NCBI GenBank assembly: GCA_937872535.1
Contig: CALMTC010000016.1
Span: 41,081 to 105,080, forward strand
DNA from: an uncultured bacterium
GTDB taxonomy: Bacteria > Patescibacteriota > Gracilibacteria > Absconditabacterales > Absconditicoccaceae
Direction: 5' to 3'
Length of the DNA: 64,000 bases
The notes beneath the pieces were generated by a model. The model searched no databases. It was not told where the DNA came from and saw only the letters and a program-made list of their open reading frames with translations. Of the stretch, positions 1 to 11,993 are shown in pieces (within the stretch, counting starts at the first letter, position 1; every line of letters begins with the position of its first letter). The position numbers and the translations under genes are program-made.

Positions 1-102
1 ATATTTATCTTTTCTGGATAAAAAAATTGCCTTATGAGTATTTGAAGAAAAATAATTCTAAAGAAAAATAGGATAAAAATTTAGTGTGTTTTGGAAAATC
101 AG

Positions 103-1542
103 ATGAAAATTTTTTTACTTTTTTTGGTGGTGTTTTTGAATTTAGGAGTAGTATGAGCTCGATCCTATCCTCTCAAACAAGTTTCAAAAAATTCTTATTG
201 TAAACTCTGACATCGAGATTTCTTGGCTGAAGATTGTAAGATTGATTTGCCGATTATTGAAGGTGCTCGTTACCAAGACTATAAAAATAATTTGCTTTAT
301 CGCCGTGTTTATACCGTTTTGAGAGGTGGTACTTATCAGTTTGGCTGGGATGCTGGTTTTTGATCTCATCTGGGAGTTGATATTGCTACTGCTCAGTGAA
401 CACCAGTGACAGCTATTGAGGATGGTGAAGTGATTACTGCAGGATGGGTTCAAGGTCGAGGAAATACTGTTGTTATTAGGCATATTTTTGGTGGGCAGGA
501 AATTTTTTCTGTTTATGCTCATCTCGATGAAGTTTTGGTTTTTGTCTGAGAAAAAGTCTTGGAATGAAAACTTATTGGTAAGGTCTGACAGACTGGCAAT
601 GCGTTTGGTAATCATCTTCATTTTCAAATTGATATTAACCAAAGTGGTAAGCATCCTTACTATTATTCTGAATGTGGTTCTGATGTGATGAGTATCGTTG
701 AGGATGGTAATTGTCAGATTGGGCTTTATACTAATACTCTTGATCCTATTTTTTTCTTGGAAACTACAAAAAACTTTATCTCTGGTAACTGATGAAGTAG
801 TGGTTTACTTTCTGAGATGCTTGATGCTCCTCAGCAAAGTATCGAGTCTTGAGATTTTATTGCTTTTGAAAAACTCCTTAAAGAAGAAGCTGAGATTTTT
901 TTGGAACGCTATGATTTTCAGGTTGAATTTACTGGGACTTTATTGGCTTTTACAGTGATAGATACAAAAACTGCTAAACCATATTTGGGTGTTTTGCCTC
1001 AAGATATTTCTATCGAATTTGATAAAAATATTATTGAAGTTTCTCCATCGGTAATGAAATTTTCTCCTTGAGAGAGAACGTTTTTTGATCTCAAGCAGAA
1101 AAGTGTTTGAAAAACGAGGGTGAAAATCTTGTTTGGTGGTGTTGTTTTTTGGCAAGAAGATATTAGTTTGAAAGGGTATGAGGAAATTATTTCTACTATG
1201 AAAATTCTAAAGATTAAACAAAAAAATCACCTTGGACAAGAAAGTTTATTGGTTGTGTTTCAGGATAGTTTGGGTACTAATCTGGTTCGTAGAGATTATG
1301 GAGCTGGTTTATCTGTTGAACTTTCTGGTAGTTTTTTTTGTGGAAATCTTTTATCTGATTTGAATTTTTTTTCTGCTCGAATGAAACAAAAATGTACTCT
1401 TGATAATCAGAAAAAAAATCTTACGCTTTGATTTGGTGATACGCTATTTGGCTTAGTTCTGATTCCTATTGTGAAAAATGGCCAGAAAAAAAATTTACTG
1501 ATTAGGCGCTGATGAGAAATTATTTTAAACCAGAAATTTTAA
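103..1542 (+). CDS. secreted M23 (LytM-type) metallopeptidase
   Basis: Frame 1 is open from 103 to 1542 when TGA is read as Gly. The N-terminus is signal-like (MKIFLLFLVVFLNLG). M23 motifs: GFGSHLGVDIA (a Gly from TGA 361-363), AQGTPV, VYAHLD, GNHLHFQI. True stop is TAA 1540-1542. Confidence 0.8.
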
Positions 1543-1555
1543 TTTTTAAGATATT

Positions 1556-2425
1556 ATGAGAAAAAATTTTTTGATTGTTTGTTTTTTTTCCTTTTTGTTT
1601 AGCTGATTTTTTTTCTTTTCTGATAGAAGTTTAGCTTTTTTTTCTGGTGATGATGTGCTGATGACTCAGATAGAAAATAATGTTGATTCTTTGTTTTTGA
1701 AAAAAAGAAGCTCAGAATGGACTGAACAACTGCTAGAAAAAGTGAGATTGGTGATGGAGCAGTATCGTGATGAGCCTGCAAAAACTGATCTTTTGGAAAA
1801 AACTTTGGTGTATATCAGACAGAAAACTTTGTATAGAAAAAATACGATTTTGAAACAAAAGAAAAAAGATTTTGTGGAACAGTTGTGATCGGGGATCGTA
1901 ACTAAGAGTAGTTGAATTCCAGAAAATTGTCTGAGAAAGTATAGTTTTTTGAATCAACTTGGAGTGGAGCAAGATTTTCCGACTGCTTTGATAGTGGCTA
2001 CTTGGTGGAAGGAATGATCCTGTAGAATGAGTTTGCCAGCTAATGGTTATGGAGTTTTTCAGATAACTTCACATGACTATGGAACGGGAGATTTTGGGGG
2101 AGCGGGGCTTCGCGAACAAGCTCAGCACTTTATCGATTTTGCTCGTGCTAAAGCTGCTTATTATGATAAAGCTAATTTAGCTAGTGGCTATACTTTAGAG
2201 CTGAACTATGGGCAGTTTGATTATCGTGATCTTCGAAATCATGCTGTGCTTTATAATGCTATTAGTTGAACTGTCAGGAAAGAATTTCTCGATCCTAGAA
2301 GGCAAGATTATGTGATTGGGAACCTTTGGTCTGGAGCTAATGTAACGACTGGTACTATTAGTGATGGTTTGGTGACTAGATTTGTGAAACTTCTTGAGTG
2401 GGAGGTAAACGAGTTTTATGAATAA
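1556..2425 (+). CDS. secreted lytic transglycosylase-like (SLT-like) protein
   Basis: Stitches track ORFs 1655-1888 and 2027-2269 (frame 2) through in-frame TGA. Hydrophobic N-terminus. Motifs WWKEGSC, GYGVFQIT and VLYNAISG resemble the SLT E...GLMQ...AYNAG pattern. Stop is TAA 2423-2425. Confidence 0.5.
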
Positions 2426-2451
2426 ACCAGAAAAATATTTTTTATTATTTT

Positions 2452-3585
2452 ATGTGAAAAATTTTGGTGAAAATAGAAAATAGTGTTTTGAAAGTTATAA
2501 TTGCTGATGTGGCACCCAAAGAGTATGATGATCCAGAATTAGATAAGAGAATGGAAGAACTTGAGAATTTGGCTCATACTTATGGTAGTTTGATAGTGGT
2601 GAAAAAAATTCAGAAGAGAACACAGCCTGATTTTCATACTTATATTGGCTCAGGAAAGCTGGAAGAAATTATCGAAGATATGAAAACTATGGGAGCAACT
2701 GTCTTGATTATCTGAAATATTCTCAAGCCAAAACAAGTATATAATATCAATAAAGAGCTTGAAAAATTTGGTTTTCAGGTACGAGATAGAGTGGATTTGA
2801 TTCTGAAAATTTTTGATAAACATGCTAAAAATACTGAGGCAAAACTTCAGATTGAGCTGGCGTCGATTAAACATATGGGACCCAGAATTTTTGGTATGGG
2901 AATGGAAATGAGTAGGCAGTGAGGATGAAGTACTTTGGCTAGATGACTTGGAGAAACTAATACTGAAATTATGAAAAGACATTTGAAAAATAGAAAAGGA
3001 GAGATAGAACGCAAATTGAAGCAATATGAAAATATGAGACATCTTCATAGAGAATGAAGAGTGAGAAAGGGACTTTTAACGGTTGGAATTGTTGGATACA
3101 CCAATGCTGGAAAATCTTCGCTGATGCGTGCTTTGACTCATAAACAAGTCTTGGTGGAAGATAAACTTTTTGCTACGCTTGGTACTTCGGTGGCAAAAAT
3201 GTATGTTCCAAGTCTCAATTGAAGAGGTTATGAAATTTTGATTAATGATACTATTGGTTTTATGAGGGATTTGCCACCTCAATTGATTCAGGCTTTTAGA
3301 TCAACTCTAGAAGATAGTATTGAAAGCCAGCTTCTATTACATGTCATAGATGCTAGCGATCCTTACTGTGCTGAAAAAATTGTCGTAGTGGATCAAATTC
3401 TGGAAGAGATCGGTGCTGACCAGAAAAAACTTTATGTCTTTAATAAGGTTGATCTTGTTGCTCCAGAAGTATTGGCTGAACTTAAAAAAACCTTTGCTGG
3501 ATTTCAACCGCTGTATATCTCGACTCTGGCTTCTTTTTGACTAGAAGAATTGAAACAAGAAATTGTTAATAAGTTGGGTTTATAG
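2452..3585 (+). CDS. hflX: GTPase HflX
   Basis: Stitches 2464-2715 and 3238-3540 in frame 1. Motifs: MSRQGGGSTLARGLGETNTE, G1 GYTNAGKSSL, INDTIGF, NKVD. The ATG at 2452 is followed by TGA as codon 2. Stop is TAG 3583-3585. Confidence 0.85.
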
Positions 3586-3696
3586 GTTTTTTAGAACCAG
3601 AAAATAATTTTTTTGAGATTTTTTTGTCACTTATTTGGTGGTTGCATCGTATTGAGAAATGCGTATAGTTTTTTTGTTTATTTTATCGCTTATTTC

Positions 3697-6186
3697 ATGA
3701 AAATGGTAAAAAATTTTTATTCTGCTGTTTTTGCTCTTGTTGGAGCGTTTTTAATTAATGGAAGTGTTCATGCTCAGATTGTAGATGAACAGATTCTTGA
3801 TTTGTATAGTGGTGAAGTTTCTCAGCTTCAGAATGCTCAAAAATTGACTGATGACTTTCAATTTGAAAGCTTTTCTTCTTGTCAACAATTTGAAGATGTG
3901 TTTGAGAAATTTGTTAAAGAGAACCGAATTTCTAATAGAAACTATTTTGGTTATTATGGTCGTGGAGGATTTGGTTTGGCGACTGATGATGCGATGCAAA
4001 GTGACCTTCTTGGTGGATTAACCACTTCTGAAGCTGGTAATGTGAAAACTGCTGATCAGGCAGTTTCTCAAAGTGCAGATTTTTCTACTACTAATATTCA
4101 AAAAGAATGAGTAGATGAACCAGAAATTTTGAAAACTGATGGAAAATTTGTTTATTATTTCAATCAGGAAACTCATAAAATTTATGTGATTAATTCTCCA
4201 GTAGATCTTCAGACTCGTGCTATTGATTTGTCAAAGGCTGAGATCAAAAAAATAATTCCACTTCCAGAAAGTTTTTCTCAGGTGCAGCTTTTTGTTTATA
4301 ATGGAAAATTGATCGTGACAGCAACAAGATATCGTTCTGTAACAAGCCAGTCTAATTATCTTGATAATAGTCAGAGATCAGTCGCCTTAGTTTATGATAC
4401 TACTAATTTTGAGAAAGCTAAAGTTCTAAAGCTGACTGATGTGAGTTGATATTTGCTTGATGCTAGAATTACGAATGGTAAACTTTATCTTATTTCAAAG
4501 GTATGAATGGGTCGATGACCTGTTTATGCTTATGAGAATAAAATTGATTCATTCTCTGTGAATGGTGATGTCTTGATGCCAAGATGAGTAGATGTAGTTC
4601 GTACTGCAGATGAAAAACTTTGGAATGTAAAAAGAGATGGTAAACAAGTTGAATATAATTCTCAGACTGCAAAAATTGACTGTAATGATATTTTTTATCT
4701 TTTGCCAACGAAGGAATCCCTTCAAAAAAATCCTGTAGCACTTCAATTTACTGTAGTGTCTGTTATTGATTTGAATGATGTGACTCAGCCAGTAAAAATG
4801 AAGGCATTGTTTGGAGATGCACAACAAATTCATGTTTCTCAGAAAGGACTTTATGTAGTAAACGGATTTTATCATCAACAAGCATTTAGCTGTCCTATAA
4901 ATGCTCGCTGTATGATGCCTTTTTATGCTGGAGGAGAAAATGCTTTGGTTCATAAGTTTCAACTTGGAGCTGGAGTAGATTATGTTGGAAGTACTATTGT
5001 ACCTGGTCAGATTTTGAATCAGTATAGTATGGATGAAGATGAGCAAGGAAATTTTAGAATATTGACTAAACAGCGATATCCAAAACTTTCTACTCATTTG
5101 TTTATTATGGATTCTAGTTTAAAACTTGTTGGTAAATTACTTGGAATTCAACCAGGAGAAGAATTTAAATCTTCTAGATTTATTGGAAAAATGCTTTATT
5201 TGGTAACTTTTAAACAAATAGATCCTTTGTTTGTTGTAGATATCAAAAATGCTATGCAACCAAAAATAGTTGGTGAACTTAAAATACCTGGCTTTAGTAC
5301 TTATTTGCATCCTTATGGAACTGAGAATGCTGGAGTACAATATCTTCTGGGTCTTGGTTACGATACTAAAACTAATCAGCGAGGAGGGACTGTGACTAAT
5401 GGTATTAAACTCGATCTCATAAAAGTGGATTATACAAAAGATGCAACTCCAGAAACTCAATGTGGTAGTTTGGCTGGTATGAGTTGATATCAAGAATGTA
5501 TTAGCTCATTTCATACTGGATTTGTAGAAACGAAACTGGTTCAATCTATGGTAATGGGTGAACAGGGTAGCTGGACTGAAGCTTTAGATAACCCTAGAAC
5601 ATTTGTTTGGAATAATTCTACTAAAGAACTATTGTTGCCAGTCTTATTGGCTAAATCTAATAAGCAAAAAAACTGTAGTATTCAATATGATGACCAATGA
5701 GCTGAAATATCAAGAGATTGCCGAGACTATGATAATCCGACAACTCAATTTGCAGGAGTGAAACTTATTTCTGTTGATGTATCTGCTTGATTTAAAGAAA
5801 AAATGAGTATTGATTATACAGAAATGTTTAAAAAAGCTAACTGAACAAAAACTTTACAAACTCGAGAATTTATTGGTTTGATGAGTAGAGTAGGATATCT
5901 TGGTGATGTTTTTTATACTCTTAATACTAAGTTTGGACATTTTTATTTACCTACTAATTTTGATGGTAAATATGTTCCATTCGTTTCTAATTTAGGTTAT
6001 AATAAACCAGCTCAGTGTAAGTATGAAGAATCAACTGTAAGTCAGACTGATTCTCAGATGGCTTGTGGACAAAGATGGATATATAATAAAGACTCTCAGT
6101 CTTGTGAACAAAAAGAGATTAGCTCAGCTGCTAGTTGTCCTGGTTTTGAGACTGAGTTTGCTTGCCAAGATATGTGTCAAAAATAA
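3697..6186 (+). CDS. secreted beta-propeller domain protein (Beta_propel/COG4880-like)
   Basis: Track ORFs 3613-4110, 4129-4449, 4702-5487 and 5878-6186 are all frame 1 and separated only by TGA. Signal peptide MKMVKNFYSAVFALVGAFLINGSVHA. The family-like block is SSRFIGKMLYLVTFKQIDPLFVVD...GELKIPGFSTYLHPY. The C-terminus is Cys-rich. Confidence 0.65.
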
Positions 6187-6204
6187 TTTTTTAACACTGG
6201 CTAA

Positions 6205-6237
6205 AAATCTGTCTTGTTTGCTCGAGGCAGATTTTTT
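6205..6237 (+). terminator. intrinsic terminator after the beta-propeller gene
   Basis: Stem AAATCTG / CAGATTT (6205-6211 with 6228-6234), followed by a T-run. Confidence 0.45.
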
Positions 6238-6299
6238 AGTCTTGATTAATGGCATGTTTTCCTTATTATATTGACATATTTACTGTTTGTTGTTTTGTC

Positions 6300-7052
6300 A
6301 TGAGAGATTTTTGAAATAGTTCTTGAAATGCTTATTGAGAAACTGGTCATTTGAAAGATTCTTCTTCTCCTACAGATTCTTCTATCTTAAAGCTTCTTGA
6401 GCTGGATTATGAGAAAATTAAAATGTTATATTGAATTGAAGTTTATGATCTTGTAAAACTTATTGATAGACAGTTTCATCTTGTAAAAAAAGTGAGATGG
6501 ACAGATCAACAAATTTCAGAAAAATTTGCACAAAGATCGGCTCACCAGATTCTTGAGGAAGGGCATACTTTTTATATGAATCCTTGTTTAGATTTTACTA
6601 TGAGTATGGTTGAACAGCTTCGTAGTAGTGATAAAATTCAGAATTTACATTTTTTATTTGAGTTGGCTAGGGACTATAATCCTGAATATGCTGGTAAAGA
6701 AGTTCCTCATTTTGCTTTGCAATTTGAAATAGATTCTCAAATTTATAGTATCGATTTTTTTTCTGGAAATAATGTTGCTCTCAGAAAATGACCATATGAA
6801 TATGCAAAACAGAATGTTGAAAGAGTTTTTTTGCTTCCAATTAATGCTACTCTTTTTTCTGGGAGTGATGATTTTACAGCCATAGCTGAAAAAGTTTGAA
6901 TGCATTTTGATAAATCTTTTTTAATTCCTCAGATTAAAAAATTACAATCTGATAATTCCGTGGAAAATTTTGAAAACTTTAAACATGTTAATCAACATTT
7001 TTCTTGTCAAATTAAAGGTTTTGATGAAGATAATTATTTTGATTTTTCTTAA
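6300..7052 (+). CDS. hypothetical protein
   Basis: Frame 0 is open from ATG 6300 (an alternative ATG is at 6249) through track ORF 6492-6791 to TAA 7050-7052, with several in-frame TGA. I recognised no domain. Confidence 0.5.
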
Positions 7053-7082
7053 TTAATTATTTATTTGTTTTTTTTTTTTAGT

Positions 7083-8237
7083 ATGCAGAAAATATTAGTT
7101 TATTTAACAGTTTTTTTGGATGTCTTGTGAATTGGTATTTTGATACCTGCTTTTCCAGAATTAGTTAAAGTATATGGTGTGAGTAACGATATGATCGCTC
7201 GAGGAGTTACTTTATATGCTTTTTGTACTTTTTTTTCGACTCCTTTACTGGGACAATGGTCTGATCGTTTTGGAAGAAAGCCACTTCTTTTGTTTTGTGT
7301 GGCAGGAACTTTCTTATCTTTTTTAATGCTTCTCTTTACTCATAATTTTTGGCTTTATCTTGTAGCTAGAGTGATTAATGGTTTGACTGGTGGGAATATT
7401 TCTATTTTGCAGTCAATTATTTCTGATATTTCAGCTTCTCCAGAAGAACGTAGAAAAAACTTTGGTTTGATGGGTGCTTTATTTGGTATGTGATTTATTG
7501 TTGGACCTCTTTTGTGATCGCTATTATTAGAATTATGAGTAGAAAGTATTTTTTTCTTTGGAACTTTCTTTTCATTTTTTCAAACTCTGTTGATCGCTTT
7601 TTTTCTCAAAGAAACTCATTATGATAAAACTCATAAACCAATCACCTTTAATTCTTTTTCATTATTTGCTCGTTATTTGGCTAATAAAGATATCGCTTTT
7701 TTGATGTTTAGTTTTTTCCTTTTAGGTTTGGCTGGATTTACTTATCAGTCTGTTTTTACGCTCTTTATGGATCAGCAATTTCAAGTTTCTGGTCAACAGT
7801 CTGGATATATTTTAGCTATGATAGGTGCTATTTTAGCTTTAAATCAAGCTGTTTTGCTATCTCAATTTTGGCTTCGTTTTTTCACTTCTAGGAAACTTAT
7901 TTTTATGCTTCATCTTGCCTTGGTTCCACTTTTTTATTGGCTGAGTTTGGTAACTGATACTTGATTTTTCATTTTCTTATTGGGTGTGGCTGCTTTGTTC
8001 CAATGACTTATTAATCCTTTATATCAAGCTGAAATTCTTGAAAAAATTGATAAGAACTATATTTGAGAACTTAATGGTGTGATGTCTTGACTCGGTTCTA
8101 TAACTATGTTTTTGTGACCAATTTTGTGATCTATTTTGCTTGCTGCAAGAGTTTCTGTTTTTTCTTTGAGTTGATTTTTTGTTCTTGGTAGTTTGATAAT
8201 TTTGCTTTATCATGTGTTTTTTTCTAAGAGATTTTAA
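7083..8237 (+). CDS. MFS transporter (TetA/TCR-like)
   Basis: Stitches 7140-7493 and 7590-7964 in frame 0. MFS signature GQWSDRFGRKPLLL, with about 12 hydrophobic segments. Stop is TAA 8235-8237. Confidence 0.8.
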
Positions 8238-8252
8238 GTCTTTTTATTGCTC

Positions 8253-9020
8253 ATGGGTGAAATTTTGCTCTTATCATTTTTTGGTAAGATAGCTATTGTT
8301 GCTGGAGGAGTAATTTTGCTTACTTTTCTCCAGCAAATTCATTTTACTTTTTTGCAAAAATTGGCTTATAGAGTAGGTCGATTTTTTCATCGTTTTGTGA
8401 TGTTTTTATTGAGAGTCTGAATCATTATTCATGAACTTTTTCATCTTATTTTTGCTTTTTTTGCTGGTCATCGTATTGAAAAAATCCAGCTTTTTAAGGA
8501 AGATGGTGGGCAAGTAGATGTAAAGGTTGACGATTATCTTGGTTCGATGCCTTATCAAAATCAGAATTTTATTACTTATTTTATCTTGCTTTTTTTTAAT
8601 AGATTGGGAATTTTTTTAACTGGAGTCGCTCCGTTGTTGTGAGGGATCTTTTTTCATTGCTTACTTTTTTCGTACTGATTTTCTATTACTACTCATCTGG
8701 CGGGTTTTAATCTGTTAACTATTTTGACGAAATTTTGATGGTGGAGTATCGTTATTTTTCTCTATGTTTTGGCCGTAATGCCTTCGTTTCTTTTATCATG
8801 GCAAGATATAAGAAGTATTATTTTTTATCCAGGAAAAAATTTTTTATCTGCATTTTTTTGAACATTACTTTCTGTTTTTTTTGTGTTACTTTTTTTATCT
8901 GTTTTGACTTATTTTTTCTTTCCCATTTTTGTTTCTTTCTTATTTTTTTATTGTTTATCTTTTTGAATTTTGTGTTTGCTTTATCTGATCTCTCTGATTT
9001 TTGCTTCCGATAAACTTTAG
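8253..9020 (+). CDS. membrane protein with HExxH motif (peptidase M50B-like)
   Basis: Frame 0 is open from ATG 8253 to TAG 9018-9020. IIIHELFHLIFAFFAGHRIEKIQLFKEDGG resembles the M50B-like HELGH...G core. The protein is multi-TM. Track ORF 8735-9013 lies in another frame and is rejected. Confidence 0.45.
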
Positions 9021-9084
9021 AATTTTTTTTCAATTTTCAAAATGATTGAGTATATAAGTTTTTATGGTGGTTAGTATAAAAAAA

Positions 9085-9108
9085 CTGGCTTTCTTTTCAG
9101 AAAACCAG
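9085..9108. terminator. bidirectional intrinsic terminator (convergent genes)
   Basis: Hairpin CTGGCTTTCT-TTTC-AGAAAACCAG with 9 of 10 bp paired, an A-run 5' and a T-rich tract 3'. A near-identical copy is at 37390-37413. Confidence 0.6.
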
Positions 9109-9128
9109 AATTTTATTTTTAAAATGTT

Positions 9129-11264
9129 TTATAGATCTCTTTTGAGGTTGATTCTTCACTCTCTATCAATTTCTGTTACGATTACTTTGATCGTGTCTCA
9201 GACTTTGAATTCGGTAGCTATGTTGCCTGGAGTGATTGTAGGACCTAGATTTTTGATGTGACAGAGACCTGAAGAAAATTTACTGAGATTTACAAATACA
9301 CCGTATGTTTCTACTCTTGAAATTTTTCCTTCGTATCTTTTGTTGATTTGTGGACCGTTTGCGATTTCCAGAATGAGATCTTTAGCCTTATTGATCATTT
9401 CTTGGTTTGTGGATGCAATGTAGCAAGTTCCATCATCTTCAAAATCGATTTTTACATTCGTTTGAGCAATAATTTCATCAATTGTTTCACCTCATTTTCC
9501 GATTACTATTTTTACTTTTTCTGGTTTGATAGTAATTACTTCGATTTTTGGTGCAAATTCTGAAAGATTTGGTCTGCTTGTTGGAATAGTTTCAAGCATG
9601 AAACTCAGAATTTCAGCTCTAGCAGTATTAGCTTGAGTTATCGTTTTTTTGATGATTTCCATCGTAATTCCTTTGATTTTGATGTCTAACTGGATTGCTG
9701 TGATACCTTTAGTTGTACCAGCTACTTTGAAGTCCATATCTCCAGTGAAGTCTTCAGTTCCCATGATGTCTGTTAAGATTTTATAGTCCAAGATTTTGTG
9801 ATTTTCATCTTCGTGAGTCATTAATCCCATAGCGATTCCACTTACTGGAGAGGTGATTGGAACTCCAGCATCCATCAATGCTAAAGTAGAACCACAGACT
9901 GATCCCATCGAAGTAGAACCTCCTGAACTGAGACATTCTGAAACGACTCTGATAGTGTAAGGGAAAGAATCTTTTGATGGGATCATAAATTCGAGGGCTT
10001 TTTCTGCGAGTCTTCCGTGTCAGATTTCTCTACGATTTGCTCCTCTTGTTCCCATAGCTTCGTTTGTACTGAAAGGTGCCATATTGTAGTGGTGCATATA
10101 TCTTTTTTCTTCGTCTGTTGATTCCATGCTGTCGATGTGTTCTACATCTCAAATTGATCACAGTGTGACTGTTGAGAGAACTTGTGTATCTCCTCTTCGG
10201 AAAAGACCTGAGCCGTGAACTCTTGGTAGTGATCACACTTCACAAAAGAGTGGTCTGATGTCAAAAAGTCATCTATTGTCGATTCTTTTTTCTTCGCTCA
10301 AAACACGATCTCTGATGAATTTTTTGATGGTCTGAAAAACTGCCATCTTTACTTTTGATACAGTATATTCTTCATTTCATTCGTCGTTGATAAGTGGTTT
10401 GCAGATTTGGAGAGCTTCTTTTTCAAATGCGTAGTAAAGATCGTTGAAGGAGACTTTTGTATTCCCTGTCAAAGTCATAAGTTTATCTTCTGGCAGTAGT
10501 CCGTTCATATATTTCAAAAGTGCTTCGCTCGGTTTATTATACTGAATTTCTTTCATTTCAATCTCGTGGAGCTTGATGAAATCTTCTTGAAATTTACAGA
10601 TTGCTTCAATTTCTTTGATTGCTAATTCGAAACCTGCATTGATAATTTCTTCGCTTACTTCTCTGGCATCACACTCGATCATATTTACGAGGTCTGGTTT
10701 TCCAGAAACCAGAAGATTCATCTCTCCTGTTTCAATTTCTTCGAGTGTAGGATTGATAATAAATTCTCCATTTTTTCTTCCAATTCTGACGGCTCCGATA
10801 GGTCCATCAAATGGGATTCCAGCCAATAAAACTGCTAATGAAGACCCAATAATACTAAGAACTCAAAGATCTTGGCTATGGTCTAATGCTAGGGGAGTCT
10901 GAGTAACTACAATATCGTTGATCATTCATTTTGGAAACATAGGTCTCAAAGCTCTATCTGTGAGTCTTGCATTGAGAATTGACTGATCAGATGGTCTTCC
11001 TTCTCTTTTTCTATAAGATCCACCACCGATTTTTCCAGCAGCTGAGTAACTTTCTCTAAAATCTATCATAAGTGGTAAGAAATCTTTGTTTGAATCTGGA
11101 TTTTTTTGCATGACAGCAGTTACGAGAAATACATTGTCTCCAAGCTGAATTGATACGGCTCAGTCTGCTTGAGGAGCTAATTTCCCTGTTCTTGCTTCAA
11201 TCTTTTTACCTTGTCGTTCGAGTATGCTTTTTTTCTCTTCAGGAGTTCTTTTGCTGAATGGCAT
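9129..11264 (-). CDS. pnp: polyribonucleotide nucleotidyltransferase (PNPase)
   Basis: Four track fragments are in one frame, giving 711 aa. Motifs: QADGAV, RREIGHG (Gly from TGA 10020-10022), KH motif GKGGETI (TGA 9492-9494), and an S1 domain at the C-terminus. Stop is TAA 9129-9131. Confidence 0.95.
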
Positions 11265-11454
11265 GTTTTGTTTGGTAGTGATAAAATCGAAGTGATTACA
11301 GATCGTTGATGTGTTAAAGCAACGCTAGCTGCCTTAATGATCAGCGATTTGCTCTCCTTCATTTATGACTATAGTTATTTGTTTCTTAAATGCAAAAATA
11401 TACCAATTTTCTTTCAATATTTGTCAAAAATAATTTTCTGGTGAATATAAAAAA

Positions 11455-11830
11455 AGTCTTGTCGTTGCGAGGAGTTACGATGAAGCCTGTCTATTGCAGG
11501 CAGGCTTCGTTTTATTTGCAATGACGGATCCTTTCGACAAGCTCAGGGACCGGAGTAGTGAAAAAAATTTTTGGAATCAAAAAAACTTCTCTGTATTTTG
11601 AGAAGCTTATTGCTGGAGACGCGTCTTTTGCCGCTTCGTGAGAGTGATTGACTCTTTTGCGCAGTAGAGAGAATCTGATCACTTTTCTTTTTTGGCATAT
11701 GTTAGTTTTTTATCGAAGTTACGAATCGTGGATGGTGACATTGGGAGCCACAAGTAATATCTCTATCTCGTCTCGTTTTCGATGTTGGTCACTTTGTTTG
11801 TACCCGCGTTATAGAAAAAAAATAAAATAA
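11455..11830 (+). ncRNA. GC-rich, hairpin-dense region: candidate structured RNA(s), identity unresolved
   Basis: I counted 54 G+C in 11461-11580 (45%) against a much more AT-rich background. It contains a strong stem GAAGCCTG/CAGGCTTC (11482-11508) plus a T-run, copy A of the conserved hairpin element, and further stems CTTCTC/GAGAAG and AGAGT/ACTCT. The strand assignment is tentative. Confidence 0.3.
11529..11574 (+). promoter_or_regulatory. conserved hairpin element, copy A
   Basis: TCCTT-TCGACAAGCTC-AGGGA followed by CCGG...TTTTTGG. See copies at 46629-46676 and 60945-60985. Confidence 0.5.
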
Positions 11831-11936
11831 GTCAATAGATTTTTATTATTTTGTTTTTTTGTCCGTCTTTTTTATTGGTTGTTTTAAAAAAAGCGTTGTT
11901 TCTGCTATTTTTCTTTATAGGAAAGAAGGTGAAAAT

Positions 11937-11964
11937 TTGCCAGAATAAAAATTTTTAGTATAAT
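11937..11964 (+). promoter_or_regulatory. sigma70-like promoter for the PKD membrane protein gene
   Basis: TTGCCA (11937-11942), a 16-nt spacer, then TATAAT (11959-11964). It lies 30 nt upstream of ATG 11994. Confidence 0.45.
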
Positions 11965-11993
11965 GAATTTATTTATATTATGACTTATTTTTC

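Noticed and set aside
184-654. 156-aa minus-strand track ORF
   Set aside because: It is antisense to the well-supported M23 peptidase (motifs HxGxD and HxH in frame +1), and its sequence is low-complexity.
4549-5097. 182-aa minus-strand track ORF (and 5137-5493)
   Set aside because: It is antisense to the beta-propeller gene, whose four fragments share one frame and a recognisable family motif.
8735-9013. 92-aa plus-strand ORF in frame 2
   Set aside because: Frame 0 runs continuously from ATG 8253 with an HExxH motif through this region to TAG 9018-9020. The T-rich sequence leaves two frames open by composition.
11385-11697. Minus-strand ORF MPKKKSDQILSTAQKS... as a possible rpsO (S15) or other ribosomal protein upstream of pnp
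   Set aside because: I found no S15 signature (HHSRRGL, LGLR) in any minus-strand frame. The ORF reads through the strong hairpin and the conserved element. The composition fits structured RNA better.
11455-11815. tmRNA or RNase P RNA assignment
   Set aside because: I could not locate a G-rich acceptor stem with G-U, a T-arm (GTTCRA), a plausible tag ORF ending in TAA/TAG, or the P4 GGAAAGUCC/ACAGAAC motifs on either strand. It needs a covariance-model search.
11480-11830. 117-codon plus-strand ORF behind a GAGGAG Shine-Dalgarno
   Set aside because: The product is C/W/R-rich and unlike every other protein here. It contains the otherwise unused codon CGG and spans obvious RNA hairpins. It is kept only as part of the unresolved GC-rich island.
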